DNA from: Chamaesiphon sp.
Lineage (GTDB): Bacteria; Cyanobacteriota; Cyanobacteriia; Cyanobacteriales; Chamaesiphonaceae
Direction: 5' to 3'
DNA length: 64,000 nt
Assembly: GCA_965246715.1 (NCBI GenBank)
Contig: CBDFFH010000002.1
Coordinates: forward strand, 224,001-288,000
How positions within the stretch are numbered: position 1 is the first letter of the stretch; each line of letters begins with the position of its first letter. A program made the translations under genes and the position numbers. Shown one piece after another: positions 52,949 through 64,000 of the stretch. The notes beneath the pieces were generated by a model, which saw only the letters and a list, made by a program, of their open reading frames with translations, did no database searches and was not told the origin of the DNA.

Positions 52949-53507
52949 TCTGTTCGATGCGAACTTTTGCCGTTACCATCTACTCGCTGCCCAGCGAATG
53001 TGCTGAAATTTATATTGGATCTTTGGCAAATTTAACGCGATTCGGAGCTGATATTATTAATTCAAAGAGCGAATGTTCCGCACGATCGCGACCGCGTCCG
53101 TGCGGGACACCGATACGATTGCGACTCGATCGGTAGTGAATGTGATGAAATTTACGTCTTGTTTTATTGCCACAATTATCTACTTCTAATAGAAATACAA
53201 GCCATTTGGCTGATTACTATATAAATTATACTCTATGTAGTATTACCTGCTGTACGAGCAATCGACTTCGCTCAAAGTTGCGATCGACTAAAGTCTAGAG
53301 CTAAAGCCGATTTCAGATTAAATATCTGAAGTTTGTAGTGGGGTTGTCGATCGATTTGAATATTATTGTCGATCGGCTGCAAATTATCAACCTCGAACCA
53401 AGCACTTGGTAAGTAAATGGTAATTTTACGCTCGTCCCTAAATTCAGTAATGTCCAAAAAAATCCTCCTGATGAAAGGAGGATCGATCTTAGATATATTA
53501 AGTCAAA

Positions 53508-55805
53508 TTACTTTTGGTCGCGCCACTCATAGGCTGCTGCGGTGCGGTCGCGATCGATTTTGAGCATCAATACACCCAATGGCGGAATGCACAGATCTAA
53601 TGAGAATTTCCGATTTTGAATCGACCATTCATCCGCCCATTTACCGCCGAGATTGCCCATATTACTACCGCCATATTTGCGCGCATCGCTATTAAATAGC
53701 TCGCTATAGAAACCATGCTCGGGAACTCCGATCCGATAGTGAGAGTGCGGTTGCGGCGTGAAGTTACAGACCACGATGATGCATTCATCGCTATCTTTAG
53801 CGCGGCGAATAAACGACACTACGCTATGGCGACTATCGGTACAATCGATCCAATCAAACCCAGCCTCCTCAAAGTCTTGAGTATAGAGCGCGGGTTCATG
53901 ATTGTAGACATAATTGAGATCGGTCAGGTATTGACTCATCTGTTGGTGCGGTGCATATTGGAGCAGACTCCACTCCAGATCCGACCACACATTCCACTCG
54001 CTCCATTGCGCGAATTCCATCCCCATAAATAGGGTTTTCTTGCCGGGATGGGCGAACATATAACCATAGAGCGATCGCATATTCGCGAGTTTCTGCCATT
54101 CGTCACCTGGCATCTTGCCGATGATATTGCTCTTACCATGCACTACCTCATCGTGTGAGAGCGCCAGCATGAAGTTCTCACTGTGGTTGTACCACATACT
54201 GAAGGTGACATTATTTTGGTGGAACTGACGGAACCACGGATCCATCGCAAAATAGTCCAGCATATCGTGCATCCAACCCATGTTCCATTTTAGGTTGAAG
54301 CCCAATCCACCCACATATGTAGGTGATGATACCATCGGCCACGAGGTAGATTCTTCGGCGATCGATAACGCACCAGGGAAGTAGCTAAAAATTAGATGGT
54401 TGGTTTGGCGCAAGAAGTCGGCTGCTTCGATATTTTCGCGTCCGCCATATTCATTGGCAACCCAGGTGCCCGGATCGCGATTGTAATCGAGGTAGAGCAT
54501 CGAACTGACCGCATCTACCCGAATCCCATCGATGTGGTATTTGTCGAACCAGAATAAGGCATTAGCATAGAGGAAATTTCTGACCTCATTACGCCCGTAA
54601 TTAAAGATCAGCGTGCCCCATTCCAGATGTTCGCCTTTGCGGGGATCTGCATGTTCGTAGAGGTGCGTACCATCGAAGAAGGGCAAACCATGTCCATCTT
54701 TGGGGAAATGTCCGGGAACCCAATCGACTAATACCCCAACGTCAGCTTGGTGACATCGATCGATAAAATACATAAAATCTTCAGGGGAGCCATGTCGCGA
54801 GGTTGGCGCGTAGTAACCCGTGACCTGATAACCCCACGAACCATCAAATGGATGCTCGGAGATCGGTAATAATTCGATGTGGGTAAATCCCAGATTTTTA
54901 ACATAAGGAATTAATTTATCGGCCAATTCCCGATAAGTCAGGAATCTCGCCCCAGGATTGTAATCTGAGACAGTGACGACAGCAGCAGTGGAACCATCGG
55001 CCAATTGCGCTGGTTCGCTAGCTGCGGCGTGCAACCAAGAACCGAGATGACACTCATACACCGAAATCGGCTGGCGCAATGCATCGGTATGTCGCCGCTT
55101 ATCGATCCATGCTTCATCTTGCCATTGGTGAATAGTTAAATCCGCAACGATCGAGGCAGTTTTGGGACGTGGCTCTTGAGAAAATCCGTAGGGGTCGGTT
55201 TTTTCGTAAGGATGCCCAGCTTGATTTTTGATCTCGTATTTATATGAGGTGCCGACCTTCAGCTCGGGCACGAACAATTCCCAAATCCCATTCCCCCGCT
55301 TCGCCATCTGGTGCTTGCGCCCATCCCAATGGTTGAAGTCACCAATCAAGGAAACGTTGCGGGCATTTGGTGCCCAAACCGCAAAATAGACCCCCGCAAT
55401 CCCTTCAATTTCGATCGGGTGCGCGCCCAATTTCTCATAAATACGATGGTGATTTCCTTCTGCAAATAAGTGAATATCAAAATCACTTAATAATGGCGAA
55501 GTAAATGCATAAGGATCGTAAATGACCCGTTCGTGTCCACCTTCGACGATCTTGAGTTGATAATTATTTAATTCTGGCCGATCGATCGTACAAGTAAAAA
55601 AGTGAGGATGATGTACGGACTGCATCGGATATTCCTGACGCACCTCGGGAATCGTGACTGAGACAGACTCGGCATTGGGAAGATAACTCCGCACTACCCA
55701 CACAGTTTTTCCATTTTCCTCAATTTGATGAGGACCTAAAATTTCAAAGGGATTGTGATGTTTGTTGCCGACAATCCGGTCGATCTGGTCTAAGGCAAGA
55801 GTCAT
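53508..55805 (-). CDS. glgB: 1,4-alpha-glucan branching enzyme
   Basis: [39 protein letters not shown]. Confidence 0.96.
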   Translation of the reverse strand: MTLALDQIDRIVGNKHHNPFEILGPHQIEENGKTVWVVRSYLPNAESVSVTIPEVRQEYPMQSVHHPHFFTCTIDRPELNNYQLKIVEGGHERVIYDPYAFTSPLLSDFDIHLFAEGNHHRIYEKLGAHPIEIEGIAGVYFAVWAPNARNVSLIGDFNHWDGRKHQMAKRGNGIWELFVPELKVGTSYKYEIKNQAGHPYEKTDPYGFSQEPRPKTASIVADLTIHQWQDEAWIDKRRHTDALRQPISVYECHLGSWLHAAASEPAQLADGSTAAVVTVSDYNPGARFLTYRELADKLIPYVKNLGFTHIELLPISEHPFDGSWGYQVTGYYAPTSRHGSPEDFMYFIDRCHQADVGVLVDWVPGHFPKDGHGLPFFDGTHLYEHADPRKGEHLEWGTLIFNYGRNEVRNFLYANALFWFDKYHIDGIRVDAVSSMLYLDYNRDPGTWVANEYGGRENIEAADFLRQTNHLIFSYFPGALSIAEESTSWPMVSSPTYVGGLGFNLKWNMGWMHDMLDYFAMDPWFRQFHQNNVTFSMWYNHSENFMLALSHDEVVHGKSNIIGKMPGDEWQKLANMRSLYGYMFAHPGKKTLFMGMEFAQWSEWNVWSDLEWSLLQYAPHQQMSQYLTDLNYVYNHEPALYTQDFEEAGFDWIDCTDSRHSVVSFIRRAKDSDECIIVVCNFTPQPHSHYRIGVPEHGFYSELFNSDARKYGGSNMGNLGGKWADEWSIQNRKFSLDLCIPPLGVLMLKIDRDRTAAAYEWRDQK

Positions 55806-56136
55806 GAATATTAACCTAAGTTGACAAAAAGCCGACTATATTTTTTTATAAAAAGCGAACAATTCTTTCCATATGAGATCGATAAAATCTCTCGTTGTTG
55901 TAACTTCATGTTCGACAATCCGCACTGGAACAGATCCGACTGCTCCATCAAGCAACAGATCCCAAGATCGCTACTTTACGGATTTGCATGATGAAATTTT
56001 GGGTGCTGACAAACTAAACAGCCTGCAAACTGCCATCATTGTATCTCGATCGCGTACGCACTGACTCTCTAGGTCGAGTTCGGTTGGGAGGATCGAGAGT
56101 TGGCTACTTTAAGTTCGCTGTCGACTAGCCACGATC

Positions 56137-56721
56137 TCAAGGATTAATCGATCGCATCGTCCATTCTGCTGCTGATAATTCATAGATATAGCGATTTTGC
56201 GGCTCTCCCCGTAGTTCCAAATGGTCTACAGCCGTAGGCGCTAAAAGTAATAAGCAAAAATTAGCTAGCGGCTGCTGCGAATCGGGCGGGGGTGGATTAA
56301 AAGCAGCTGGTTCTTGGCTTCTATCCGCCCCAGGGGTCGCCCAAGCAAACTGAATGCGTCCATTGTCAGACAGTTGCTGCCATGCCTGTTGACGAGCCTT
56401 AGAGTAGTTAATGATGGGACATTCCACAGTCACGAGGATGAGGGTACCGCTAACTCTAAACTGTTCCCGCGTCGTGGGAAAATACCAACAAACTTCGGCC
56501 CAATCGGACGCGCCAGACAATAAATTTATGGCTTTTTGCGATCGACTATCCACGACAAATTGAAGGTGGCTGTCTGGTTCGAGCCAACCGCGAAATACGA
56601 CACTCCGATTGGTGGGGCGATTGTTAGGATCTACTGTCGCCAATTGCACGTACCGAACGTAAGGTATACTGCGATTGCGATGTAGGGCGCGGGCGATCGG
56701 CGATCGCCAAGGTGGGAGCAT
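56137..56721 (-). CDS. Pyridoxamine 5'-phosphate oxidase-like FMN-binding protein
   Basis: QLATV...PTNRSVVFRG, DSRSQK, REQFRV. Confidence 0.85.
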   Translation of the reverse strand: MLPPWRSPIARALHRNRSIPYVRYVQLATVDPNNRPTNRSVVFRGWLEPDSHLQFVVDSRSQKAINLLSGASDWAEVCWYFPTTREQFRVSGTLILVTVECPIINYSKARQQAWQQLSDNGRIQFAWATPGADRSQEPAAFNPPPPDSQQPLANFCLLLLAPTAVDHLELRGEPQNRYIYELSAAEWTMRSINP

Positions 56722-56979
56722 AAAATTTAAAATTGGTGGGGGAGTAATTTAGTTATGAGATCGGAATTAGAAAAATTAACATTCCGCAGTCCCTAGCTAC
56801 TAGCGACGACTAGCCGAAAACTAGTCGATCGACTACACATTTATTTTAATCGAAGTTACAGCATTAGAGGGCGATCGAATCGCTGAAAGTAACGTATATC
56901 TTCAATTTTGGCAACATTGATTATCTCGGTTCGATGCCGTATATTACTTATTCTGTTCAGAAATTAGCATAGCTCACTC

Positions 56980-59322
56980 ATGGTTAGAGGACTCGACCAA
57001 GTTCGACACGAATCTAGATCGGGCGCGGAGATTTCGCCCAACTCTTATCAACAATCTGATTTTCCTGCAACTGCTCCCGCTGCAAATCCGGTCTTTTTCA
57101 GAACGTATAGTCGCTTCACCGTAACCGGACGCGAAACATGGTCGCAGGTCTGCACTCGCACCCTCAAGGGTTTAGTTAAGTTAGGTAAATTAACCGACGA
57201 CCAAGCCGATATCATCGATCGGATGCAGCGTCAGGTCAAGGCGATGCCTTCGGGACGGTGGTTGTGGGTGGGTGGTAGCGAATGGCTCGAACAACCGCAA
57301 AATTTTTCTGGGGCATACAACTGCACCAGTACGAATGTTTGCGATTGGGCAGCTTTTGCCCTGATGATGGACTTGGCGATGATGGGTTGCGGTACCGGGG
57401 CAATTTTAGAAACCGATCTGATCGGTCAGTTACCCGCCGTCAAGAATAAATTGACAGTCACGATCGTTCGTGAAATCGGTCAAATCTCCCTGAATAATCG
57501 GCAGGAATTAACCACATTTGAAGTTACAGGAAATAACGCGACAATTACCGTCGGGGACAGCCGCCAAGGTTGGATTAAATCCTACAAAACTTTATTAGAA
57601 TTATGTAGTGACGATCGCTTTAATGGCGAAGTCCATGTCTCGATCGATCTCAGTAATGTCCGTCCGGCTGGCGAACTCCTCAAAGGATTTGGCGGGATGG
57701 CAAATCCAGTCAAATTACCAGAGTTATATGGGCGCTGTGCGGTAATTTTAAATAAGGCACTTGGCAGACAATTAAACTCTGTTGAATGTTGTCTCCTCAT
57801 CGACGAAGCCGCAGTCACGATCGTTGCAGGTAACATCCGTCGCTCAGCGGGAATGCGGCAATTTAATGCTAGTGATAAATTAGGCGCAACTGCTAAAGAT
57901 AATCTGTGGCAACAAGACGAACATGGTAACTGGCGAATCGACCCAGAACGCGATTCTTTACGGATGGCAAATCATACCCGTGTTTTCCATCATAAACCTA
58001 GTTTAGAAGAGTGTGTCGCTGCGGTTCAGAAGCAATATCATTCTGGTGAAGGTGCGATTCAATGGGCTGGGGAAGCTGTCGCGAGATCTAATGCCGATCT
58101 CGTTAGTACTCCAGAATTAAAAACTAGTTTTTTACAGGCTTACGATCGCGGAGATGCTAAGTTATGGCTGCAAGAAAATCGTCCTAATTTAGATAATAAA
58201 GAAATCTCACACCGCCTGTCCCGCTTCGGTTTGAATCCATGTGGTGAAATTTTAGGAACTAATTTTCACTGCAATCTTTCAGAAGTGCATTTGAATCAAA
58301 TCGATCCAAATAACTACAAAGAACAGGAAGAAGCATTTACCGCTGCTGGTTTATCCGTAGCCACATTACTCAACCATAAATTCCAAGAACCCCGCTATCA
58401 ATATAGTCGTGAATTAGATCCGATCGTGGGTGTATCATTTACTGGATTATTTGACTTCTTCGTGCATGCTTTTGGCGCGGAATGGTTGGCATGGTGGGAA
58501 CAAGGTCGTCCGGCTACAGCAGCGGGAATCGCCTACAAGCAGAAAGAGCATGAATACCTGAATACTTGGCGCAAAGTTGTCGAGCAGACAGTGTGGGACT
58601 ACTGCGATATGCATGGCATCAAGCGCCCCAATCGGTGTACTACCGTTCAACCGAGCGGTACCAAATCCCTGCTCACAGGTGCTTCCCCAGGTTGGCATCC
58701 ACCAAAAGCGCAGCGGTTTATTCGCCGGATTACCTTCCGGAAAAACGATCCGGTCGCGCTGGCTTGTATCGATTATGGCTATAGCGTGATTCCGTCCCAA
58801 TCCGATAAAGATGAGAACGGCAATCTGCTCGACGACGCATTCGATCCGCGTTGTACCGAGTGGTTGATTGAAATTCCGGTAGCTGTCTCCTGGGCGGATA
58901 TTCCTGGCGCGGATTCGATCGAAATCGGTCAGTTTAGCGCCTTGACACAAATGGATTTCTATATGGGCGTCCAGCAGCAATATGTGCGTCATAATACTTC
59001 AGCAACGATCGAGTTGCGCGAACATGAAGTAGAAGCCCTCGGTCAGCGGATTTACGAAGCGATTCGGGACGATGAAGGTTATATCTCGGCTGCGTTATTA
59101 GCCCGCTTTGACGACCACCAAACTTTCCCTCGGTTGCCCTTTGAACCGATCGATAAGGCAACTTACGATGAGATGATGGTGGGAGTCAATTCCAGACGGC
59201 AGACAGTAGAATTTCATACTGCGTTAAGTCGCTATGAAATGGGAAATGCTACCGAAGAATCTGGTCCTGCTGGTTGTGACTCGGATAAATGTCTATTACC
59301 AGATGTAAAACCTAATAGTTAA
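56980..59322 (+). CDS. nrdJ: Adenosylcobalamin-dependent (class II) ribonucleotide reductase
   Basis: PSGRWLW, YNCTS, GNIRRSA, NPCGEI, TTVQPSGT, C-terminal GCDSDKC. Confidence 0.93.
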   Translation: MVRGLDQVRHESRSGAEISPNSYQQSDFPATAPAANPVFFRTYSRFTVTGRETWSQVCTRTLKGLVKLGKLTDDQADIIDRMQRQVKAMPSGRWLWVGGSEWLEQPQNFSGAYNCTSTNVCDWAAFALMMDLAMMGCGTGAILETDLIGQLPAVKNKLTVTIVREIGQISLNNRQELTTFEVTGNNATITVGDSRQGWIKSYKTLLELCSDDRFNGEVHVSIDLSNVRPAGELLKGFGGMANPVKLPELYGRCAVILNKALGRQLNSVECCLLIDEAAVTIVAGNIRRSAGMRQFNASDKLGATAKDNLWQQDEHGNWRIDPERDSLRMANHTRVFHHKPSLEECVAAVQKQYHSGEGAIQWAGEAVARSNADLVSTPELKTSFLQAYDRGDAKLWLQENRPNLDNKEISHRLSRFGLNPCGEILGTNFHCNLSEVHLNQIDPNNYKEQEEAFTAAGLSVATLLNHKFQEPRYQYSRELDPIVGVSFTGLFDFFVHAFGAEWLAWWEQGRPATAAGIAYKQKEHEYLNTWRKVVEQTVWDYCDMHGIKRPNRCTTVQPSGTKSLLTGASPGWHPPKAQRFIRRITFRKNDPVALACIDYGYSVIPSQSDKDENGNLLDDAFDPRCTEWLIEIPVAVSWADIPGADSIEIGQFSALTQMDFYMGVQQQYVRHNTSATIELREHEVEALGQRIYEAIRDDEGYISAALLARFDDHQTFPRLPFEPIDKATYDEMMVGVNSRRQTVEFHTALSRYEMGNATEESGPAGCDSDKCLLPDVKPNS

Positions 59323-59400
59323 TGTTGGTAGAGACGTTCTGGTAGAACGTCTCTACCCTCTACATGTATTTCGATAAAATCGAAACATCGAAATACCTAT

Positions 59401-59436
59401 AATCCTCCTCCTGGCAATCTCCAGGAGGAGGATTTT
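59401..59436 (+). terminator. Intrinsic terminator after nrdJ
   Basis: AATCCTCCTCCTGG...CCAGGAGGAGGATTTT; a GTAG-REP hairpin lies just upstream at ~59328-59356. Confidence 0.65.
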
Positions 59437-59538
59437 CGCTCTCACAGGCAGAAGTATACTAGGAGAGGTGAACTGAATCCAGTAAAATCGCGATCGCGGT
59501 TGCTTGATGATTAGCTTTTAGATTTTGGAGTAATAATT

Positions 59539-59934
59539 ATGTTTGCAGGGAATCGACCGACACAGCTTGGAGTTACCGAGGGTAAATTAACCGCTTGTCC
59601 TGGCACACCCAATTGTGTAAGCTCTCAGGCACTAGCTACTGACTCCGAACATGCGATTTCACCATTGCCGTTATCTGGCGATACTACGGCAGCTATGGCC
59701 GATTTGAAACGCGCGATCGCATCGATGCCGCGTACTAAGATTATTCAAGAAACCAATGACTATCTCTATGTGGAGTTTGCCAGCAAATTAATGGGATTTG
59801 TCGATGATGTCGAGTTTTATATCGATACCGCTAATCAAGCTATTCAGGTCAGATCGGCTTCCCGATTGGGCAAATCCGATTTAGGTGTAAACCGCAAACG
59901 CATTGAAGAGATTCGATCGAAACTAGCCATGTAA
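59539..59934 (+). CDS. DUF1499 protein
   Basis: CPGTPNCVSSQ, GFVDDVEF, RSASRLGKSDLGVNRKR. Confidence 0.9.
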   Translation: MFAGNRPTQLGVTEGKLTACPGTPNCVSSQALATDSEHAISPLPLSGDTTAAMADLKRAIASMPRTKIIQETNDYLYVEFASKLMGFVDDVEFYIDTANQAIQVRSASRLGKSDLGVNRKRIEEIRSKLAM

Positions 59935-60038
59935 AATAGGTGTCTTTGCGCTTGGCACAAATATTCCCTAATTGTAGCTGACTGCTCGCCAGTGGGTAAT
60001 TTTTGATTTACCATGCAGATGTAGTCTGGGGAATAAAG

Positions 60039-60527
60039 ATGAATACGGCAAAACCGAAACAGATTGGTAGCTATATTAGCTTAGCGATCGCATTAGTACT
60101 AGCCTTTCTAATTTGGAATAACCATTTATTGGCAGGGACTCGACCGATGAATATCGGGGTTCATGACGGTAAATTAGCAGCTTGTCCGGCTACGCCAAAT
60201 TGTGTCAATAGTCAGGCGGCAAGTAGCGATGCGGAACATGCGATCGAGCCGATTCAATTTGGTGGTGCAGTTTCAGCGACAATGGACAATTTAAGATTGG
60301 TAGTCAAACAAACACCCCGCACTAAGATCGTTAAGGAAACAAATAACTACCTTTACGCCGAATTTACTAGTAAATTAATGGGATTTGTCGATGATGTTGA
60401 GTTTTACATCGACGAAGCTAGTAAAATCGTTCAAACACGCTCGGCATCTCGATTAGGCGAGTCCGATCTTGGTGTCAATCGCCAACGAATCGAAGCGATT
60501 CGATCGCAATTAAGTGGATTAAATTAA
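60039..60527 (+). CDS. DUF1499 protein, paralog with N-terminal TM helix
   Basis: CPATPNCVNSQ, GFVDDVEF, RSASRLGESDLGVNRQR. Confidence 0.9.
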   Translation: MNTAKPKQIGSYISLAIALVLAFLIWNNHLLAGTRPMNIGVHDGKLAACPATPNCVNSQAASSDAEHAIEPIQFGGAVSATMDNLRLVVKQTPRTKIVKETNNYLYAEFTSKLMGFVDDVEFYIDEASKIVQTRSASRLGESDLGVNRQRIEAIRSQLSGLN

Positions 60528-60800
60528 CGACGGTACTGAATTGCGATCTGAATCTAACTCGAAATTTAGGCAGGGCAATTCATGAATTGCCCCTGCCTAA
60601 ATTTCCAAGATTTCTGCGACAGTAAATCATCAATAAATTTAGCACAGCTAAATTAACTATTCAATAGTCATCGATCTCGGTGTTGTCAGACATCGTTCGT
60701 ATTAGTTGATTTATTCTAACAACTAATCGATCGAATAATTATTGCAGACCCAAATCGTTGCAAGAAATCTTCTAAATTATAACTAATAATTAGCTAATTT

Positions 60801-60990
60801 AACCTGAGTTCGGGTTAAGAGTAGCCTAGAGACTGATGTCTCTGCTTGTGATGCAAAGCCTGCCTTTGTGCCACTAGCCTCGATTTGCGGAAAGTGCGGT
60901 CTTGGGGTTTCCCCAAGTAGAGCACCTTTTCAAGACACAATCGAAGGCGATGCCCGAGCGGAGCCAATATCCTTAACCCGAACTGACGTT
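60801..60990. mobile_element. MITE with palindromic target duplication
   Basis: IR AACCTGAGTTCGGGTTAAG / CTTAACCCGAACTGACGTT; 13-bp direct repeat AATTAGCTAATTT at 60788-60800 and 60991-61003. Confidence 0.82.
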
Positions 60991-61569
60991 AATTAGCTAA
61001 TTTAAGTGACAATTTATATTAAAGATTGCCAGCATCTTCTCCAGTATGAATTTTAAACACTCGAATAGCTTGTCGTCTCGATCGATTTACTTTTTACGTC
61101 GGGAAAGAAAGGCGCACGCACATCGCTGTCTTGTCGCACGGTTGCTACTCCAAATCCGTGTTACTGTATTCTCAAGTACTACTTCGGCGGTACGCTAAAT
61201 ATTTACACCTGTGTCATCTCCACGAATGAAGGGAATAATAGGATTGTCCGGCACGATTGGCTGACCATTTTCAACGGCGATCGTGTTTCGGTTGTAGGTG
61301 CCAAAAGTTTCTCATACATCTTTAGGAACTTTCCTGGTTGTATAGTTGTATGTGGGAATATATAGGTAGATAAGCGATCGGACTACCCTGAGTCAGGCTC
61401 GATTGCAGATTAGCAATCTACAATTTGGGGGTTCCTGCTAAGTTAAAGGTGTTTGGCAAAGTATATATAAATTCTTTATTCTCAAGGTAAATAACTTCGC
61501 AGCTCATTTTTTAATTCATATTTTTACTCTCTCGATCGGACAAATCGTTGTGACCCCAAGGATTCAAGC

Positions 61570-62301
61570 GTGAAAAAAATCTTATTAGTAGACGATGATA
61601 AAACCCTCCAAACCGTACTGACGCGATATTTAGAAAAGCGTGGTTACTCTGTACGGGTGGTAACTTCTGGAGTCCAGGGGTTAAAACTATTCGCGCAAGA
61701 TCCACCAGATCTAGTCGTGTCAGACATTATGATGCCTGGAATGGATGGTTTGGAATTTTGCCGTCGTCTCCGTGCGACTAGACCCGGACAATTAGTACCA
61801 TTTATCTTTTTAACTGCCAAAAAGGATCTTGAAGATCGGATTCAAGGTCACTATATCGGTGCGGATGACTATATCACAAAACCGTTTGAGCCATTAGAAC
61901 TGCTGGCTAAAATCGAAGCTCAACTCGAACGCTCGCGCCGGATTTATGCAGAGATGGTGCGGATGCTGCAAAAAAGTCCTGAAGATAGCGAATCAGGTGG
62001 CGACTATAGCGATAACTCCTCAGATACTCAAGCTAAAGATAAAGATGTCGAGCCACAAGAAGATCTGCCCTTGACTCCAGCCGAAGCGCGGGTATTCTGG
62101 GAAGTGATTCAAGGCTTAACCAATAAGCAAATCAGCCAACGACTATTTATCAGTCCCCGTACCGTTCAAACTCACCTGAGTAATATTCTCACCAAGTTGA
62201 ATTTGGAAAATCGATCGCAGCTAGTCCGGTTTGCGTTCGAGCATGGTTATCGTCCGCCGCAGACTCAAGACGAGCAAAAAGCGGCTGAGGCTAGGGGATA
62301 A
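61570..62301 (+). CDS. NarL/LuxR-family response regulator
   Basis: LLVDDD, DIMMP, KPF receiver domain; LTPAE...GLTNKQIS...TVQTHLSNIL HTH. Confidence 0.93.
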   Translation: MKKILLVDDDKTLQTVLTRYLEKRGYSVRVVTSGVQGLKLFAQDPPDLVVSDIMMPGMDGLEFCRRLRATRPGQLVPFIFLTAKKDLEDRIQGHYIGADDYITKPFEPLELLAKIEAQLERSRRIYAEMVRMLQKSPEDSESGGDYSDNSSDTQAKDKDVEPQEDLPLTPAEARVFWEVIQGLTNKQISQRLFISPRTVQTHLSNILTKLNLENRSQLVRFAFEHGYRPPQTQDEQKAAEARG

Positions 62302-62391
62302 AGAAGGAGTGTGGGAAAATAGGGAAGATCGCAACATCAGACACGAATGTCTTCTCCTACTCCCATTCTGCCAAGGATCTCGCCAAAATCC

Positions 62392-63097
62392 ATGACCATT
62401 GCCGAACGCATTATCGTCCCGCTCGACGTACCAAATTTGACCGCTGCGATCGAATTAATCGATCGATTGCCCGATGTAACCTTTTGGAAAGTCGGGCTAG
62501 AGTTATTTGTCAGTACTGGTGCCGAGATGATTCAGCTCCTCAAAAACCGCAATAAGCGCGTATTTCTGGATTTAAAGTTTCATGATATCCCGAATACCGT
62601 CGCTGGAGCTTGTCGATCGGCAGCAACTTATGGCGTAGACTTGCTTACCGTCCACGCGACGGCAGGTAAACCCGCGCTTACGGCTGCGATGGCGGCTGTC
62701 GCTGAAGGTGCTGCAGCAGCTGGGGGTAAATCCCCCACAAGTAGTCGCGATTACGCTGTTAACCAGTCTAAATTCACGCGAACTCGCCTTTGACTTACAT
62801 ATTCCGCTAGAATTGCCCGAATATGCCCTCAAGATGGCGTTACTCGCCCAGGATAGTGGATTGAATGGTGTGGTGTGTTCGCCGCATGAGGTAGCCGATT
62901 TACGCCGTAGTTGTGGCGATGGTTTTATCTTTGTCTGTCCGGGGGTGCGTCCGACTTGGGCGGCAAAAGGGGATCAACAACGCACGCTGACACCCCAGCA
63001 GGCACTCGCCGCAGGTGCAGATTATCTAGTAATCGGGCGACCGATTACGGCAGATCCCGATCCGCAAGCGGCTTGGCAACGAATTATTAGTGAATGA
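62392..63097 (+). pseudogene. pyrF: Orotidine-5'-phosphate decarboxylase with +1 frameshift (possible sequencing error)
   Basis: [10 protein letters not shown] in the first frame, VCPGVRP...GRPI in the second; deleting one G of GGGGG (62722-62726) joins them. Confidence 0.88.
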
Positions 63098-63176
63098 TTC
63101 ACTCACCCCGCCGAGGCGAGGAATTGGCAACAGGGTGATTTTTGATTCTTGAATAAACTTGTATCGATAAAAATTG

Positions 63177-63497
63177 ATGACAGAAGCATTGACAATTGCC
63201 TCACCTCAGATCGTCGCGGGATTTCATGCACTGTCGGAACCGATCCGGATTCGGACGATCGAGTATCTTCAACAACGGGAGCTATGTGTCTGCGAACTCT
63301 GTGAGTTGTTGGGTGTCAGTCAATCCAAGCTATCGTTTCATCTCAAGGTACTTAAGTCGGCTGAATTAGTTCAGACTCGTCAAGAAGGGCGATGGATCTA
63401 CTATCGGCTCAATCTGGTGCAGTTTGTGGTGTTAGAGCAATATTTATCTGAATATCGACGGTTTTCGCCGATCTTGCCTGCGCGATCGTGTGACTAA
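63177..63497 (+). CDS. arsR: ArsR/SmtB-family repressor
   Basis: ELCVCEL As(III)-binding box; SQSKLSFHLKVL. Confidence 0.9.
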   Translation: MTEALTIASPQIVAGFHALSEPIRIRTIEYLQQRELCVCELCELLGVSQSKLSFHLKVLKSAELVQTRQEGRWIYYRLNLVQFVVLEQYLSEYRRFSPILPARSCD

Positions 63498-63515
63498 CAA
63501 ATTCGATCGTAATTC

Positions 63516-63553
63516 AAATCAAAAAAGATTGACATATCAATTTTTTTTGATTT
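63516..63553 (+). promoter_or_regulatory. Tandem ArsR operator boxes
   Basis: ATCAA-N6-TTGAC (63518-63533) and ATCAA-N6-TTGAT (63536-63551), matching the cyanobacterial ars operator pattern. Confidence 0.75.
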
Positions 63554-63594
63554 AATGGATATATCTGCTACCTGCGATGCTCTTTCGAGAGGCT

Positions 63595-64000
63595 ATGCCA
63601 ACGAGTGTGAATAAATCAAGGCGAATTTTACCGATCGCGCGCGAGGTAGTTGCTGAAGCTGGAGGGACATTTATCCTGGTATTCATCGGTACCGGAGCGG
63701 TAATGGTCAACCAAATCAGTCAGGGTGCGATTACTCATCTGGGGATTAGCATGGTCTTTGGGGCGATCGTCGCAGCTTTGATTTATGCGCTCGGACATAT
63801 CAGCGGTGCCCATTTCAACCCAGCGGTAACTCTGGCGTTCTGGCGCAGTGGGTTCTTTCCTGGCGATCGAGTGGTGGCATATATTCTGGCACAATGTGTT
63901 GGCGCGATCGCCGCTTCATTATTACTGAAATCGACATTTGGCACCATTGCCAATCTTGGAGCCACACTACCCCTGAATGGTAACTGGCATCAATCGCTAA
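63595..64000 (+). CDS. MIP/aquaporin-family channel (5' part), probably arsenite-related
   Basis: EAGGTFILV, HISGAHFNPAVT; frame open to the window end; follows arsR. Confidence 0.88.
   Translation, partial: MPTSVNKSRRILPIAREVVAEAGGTFILVFIGTGAVMVNQISQGAITHLGISMVFGAIVAALIYALGHISGAHFNPAVTLAFWRSGFFPGDRVVAYILAQCVGAIAASLLLKSTFGTIANLGATLPLNGNWHQSL

Noticed and set aside
52950..53500. Small gene or ncRNA downstream of tgt
   Set aside because: No credible ORF or structure found
56980..59322. Intein or cobalamin riboswitch at nrdJ
   Set aside because: Length and motifs are continuous with no splice-junction residues, and I recognised no B12-box upstream
61010..61560. Possible ncRNA in a long intergenic region
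   Set aside because: No recognisable motif or convincing stem by eye; needs an Rfam search

Overview
Cyanobacterial chromosomal window: CGATCG/GCGATCGC (HIP1) sites are dense and the gene set is typically cyanobacterial; a Chamaesiphon-like genome is an inference. Positions 1-22.5 kb are an accessory region. They hold the end of an uncharacterised 3-gene operon, an ISAs1 element, and two TA modules bracketed by a duplicated 3' end of the glutamate synthase gene. Then comes a ~10.7 kb array of about nine intact or decaying type II toxin-antitoxin (TA) cassettes, separated by ~13 co-oriented copies of a 100-250 bp repeat that begins with a GTAG-REP hairpin. The array is invaded by an IS701-like element, an ISL3, and at least 16 tiny (21-25 nt) double-hairpin elements inserted at CG^ATC. 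Positions 22.5-64 kb are mostly housekeeping: htpG, an FHA-ABC transporter, divergent sucCD, a sugar/acyl-modification glycosylation cluster, spoIID, a B12 radical SAM enzyme, clpP, minCDE, tgt, glgB, nrdJ, two DUF1499 genes, a response regulator, a frameshifted pyrF, arsR and an aquaporin. Several MITEs and REP hairpins are interspersed. I recognised no rRNA, tRNA, CRISPR-Cas or integrase. Gene calls come from motif recognition only; no database searches were run.
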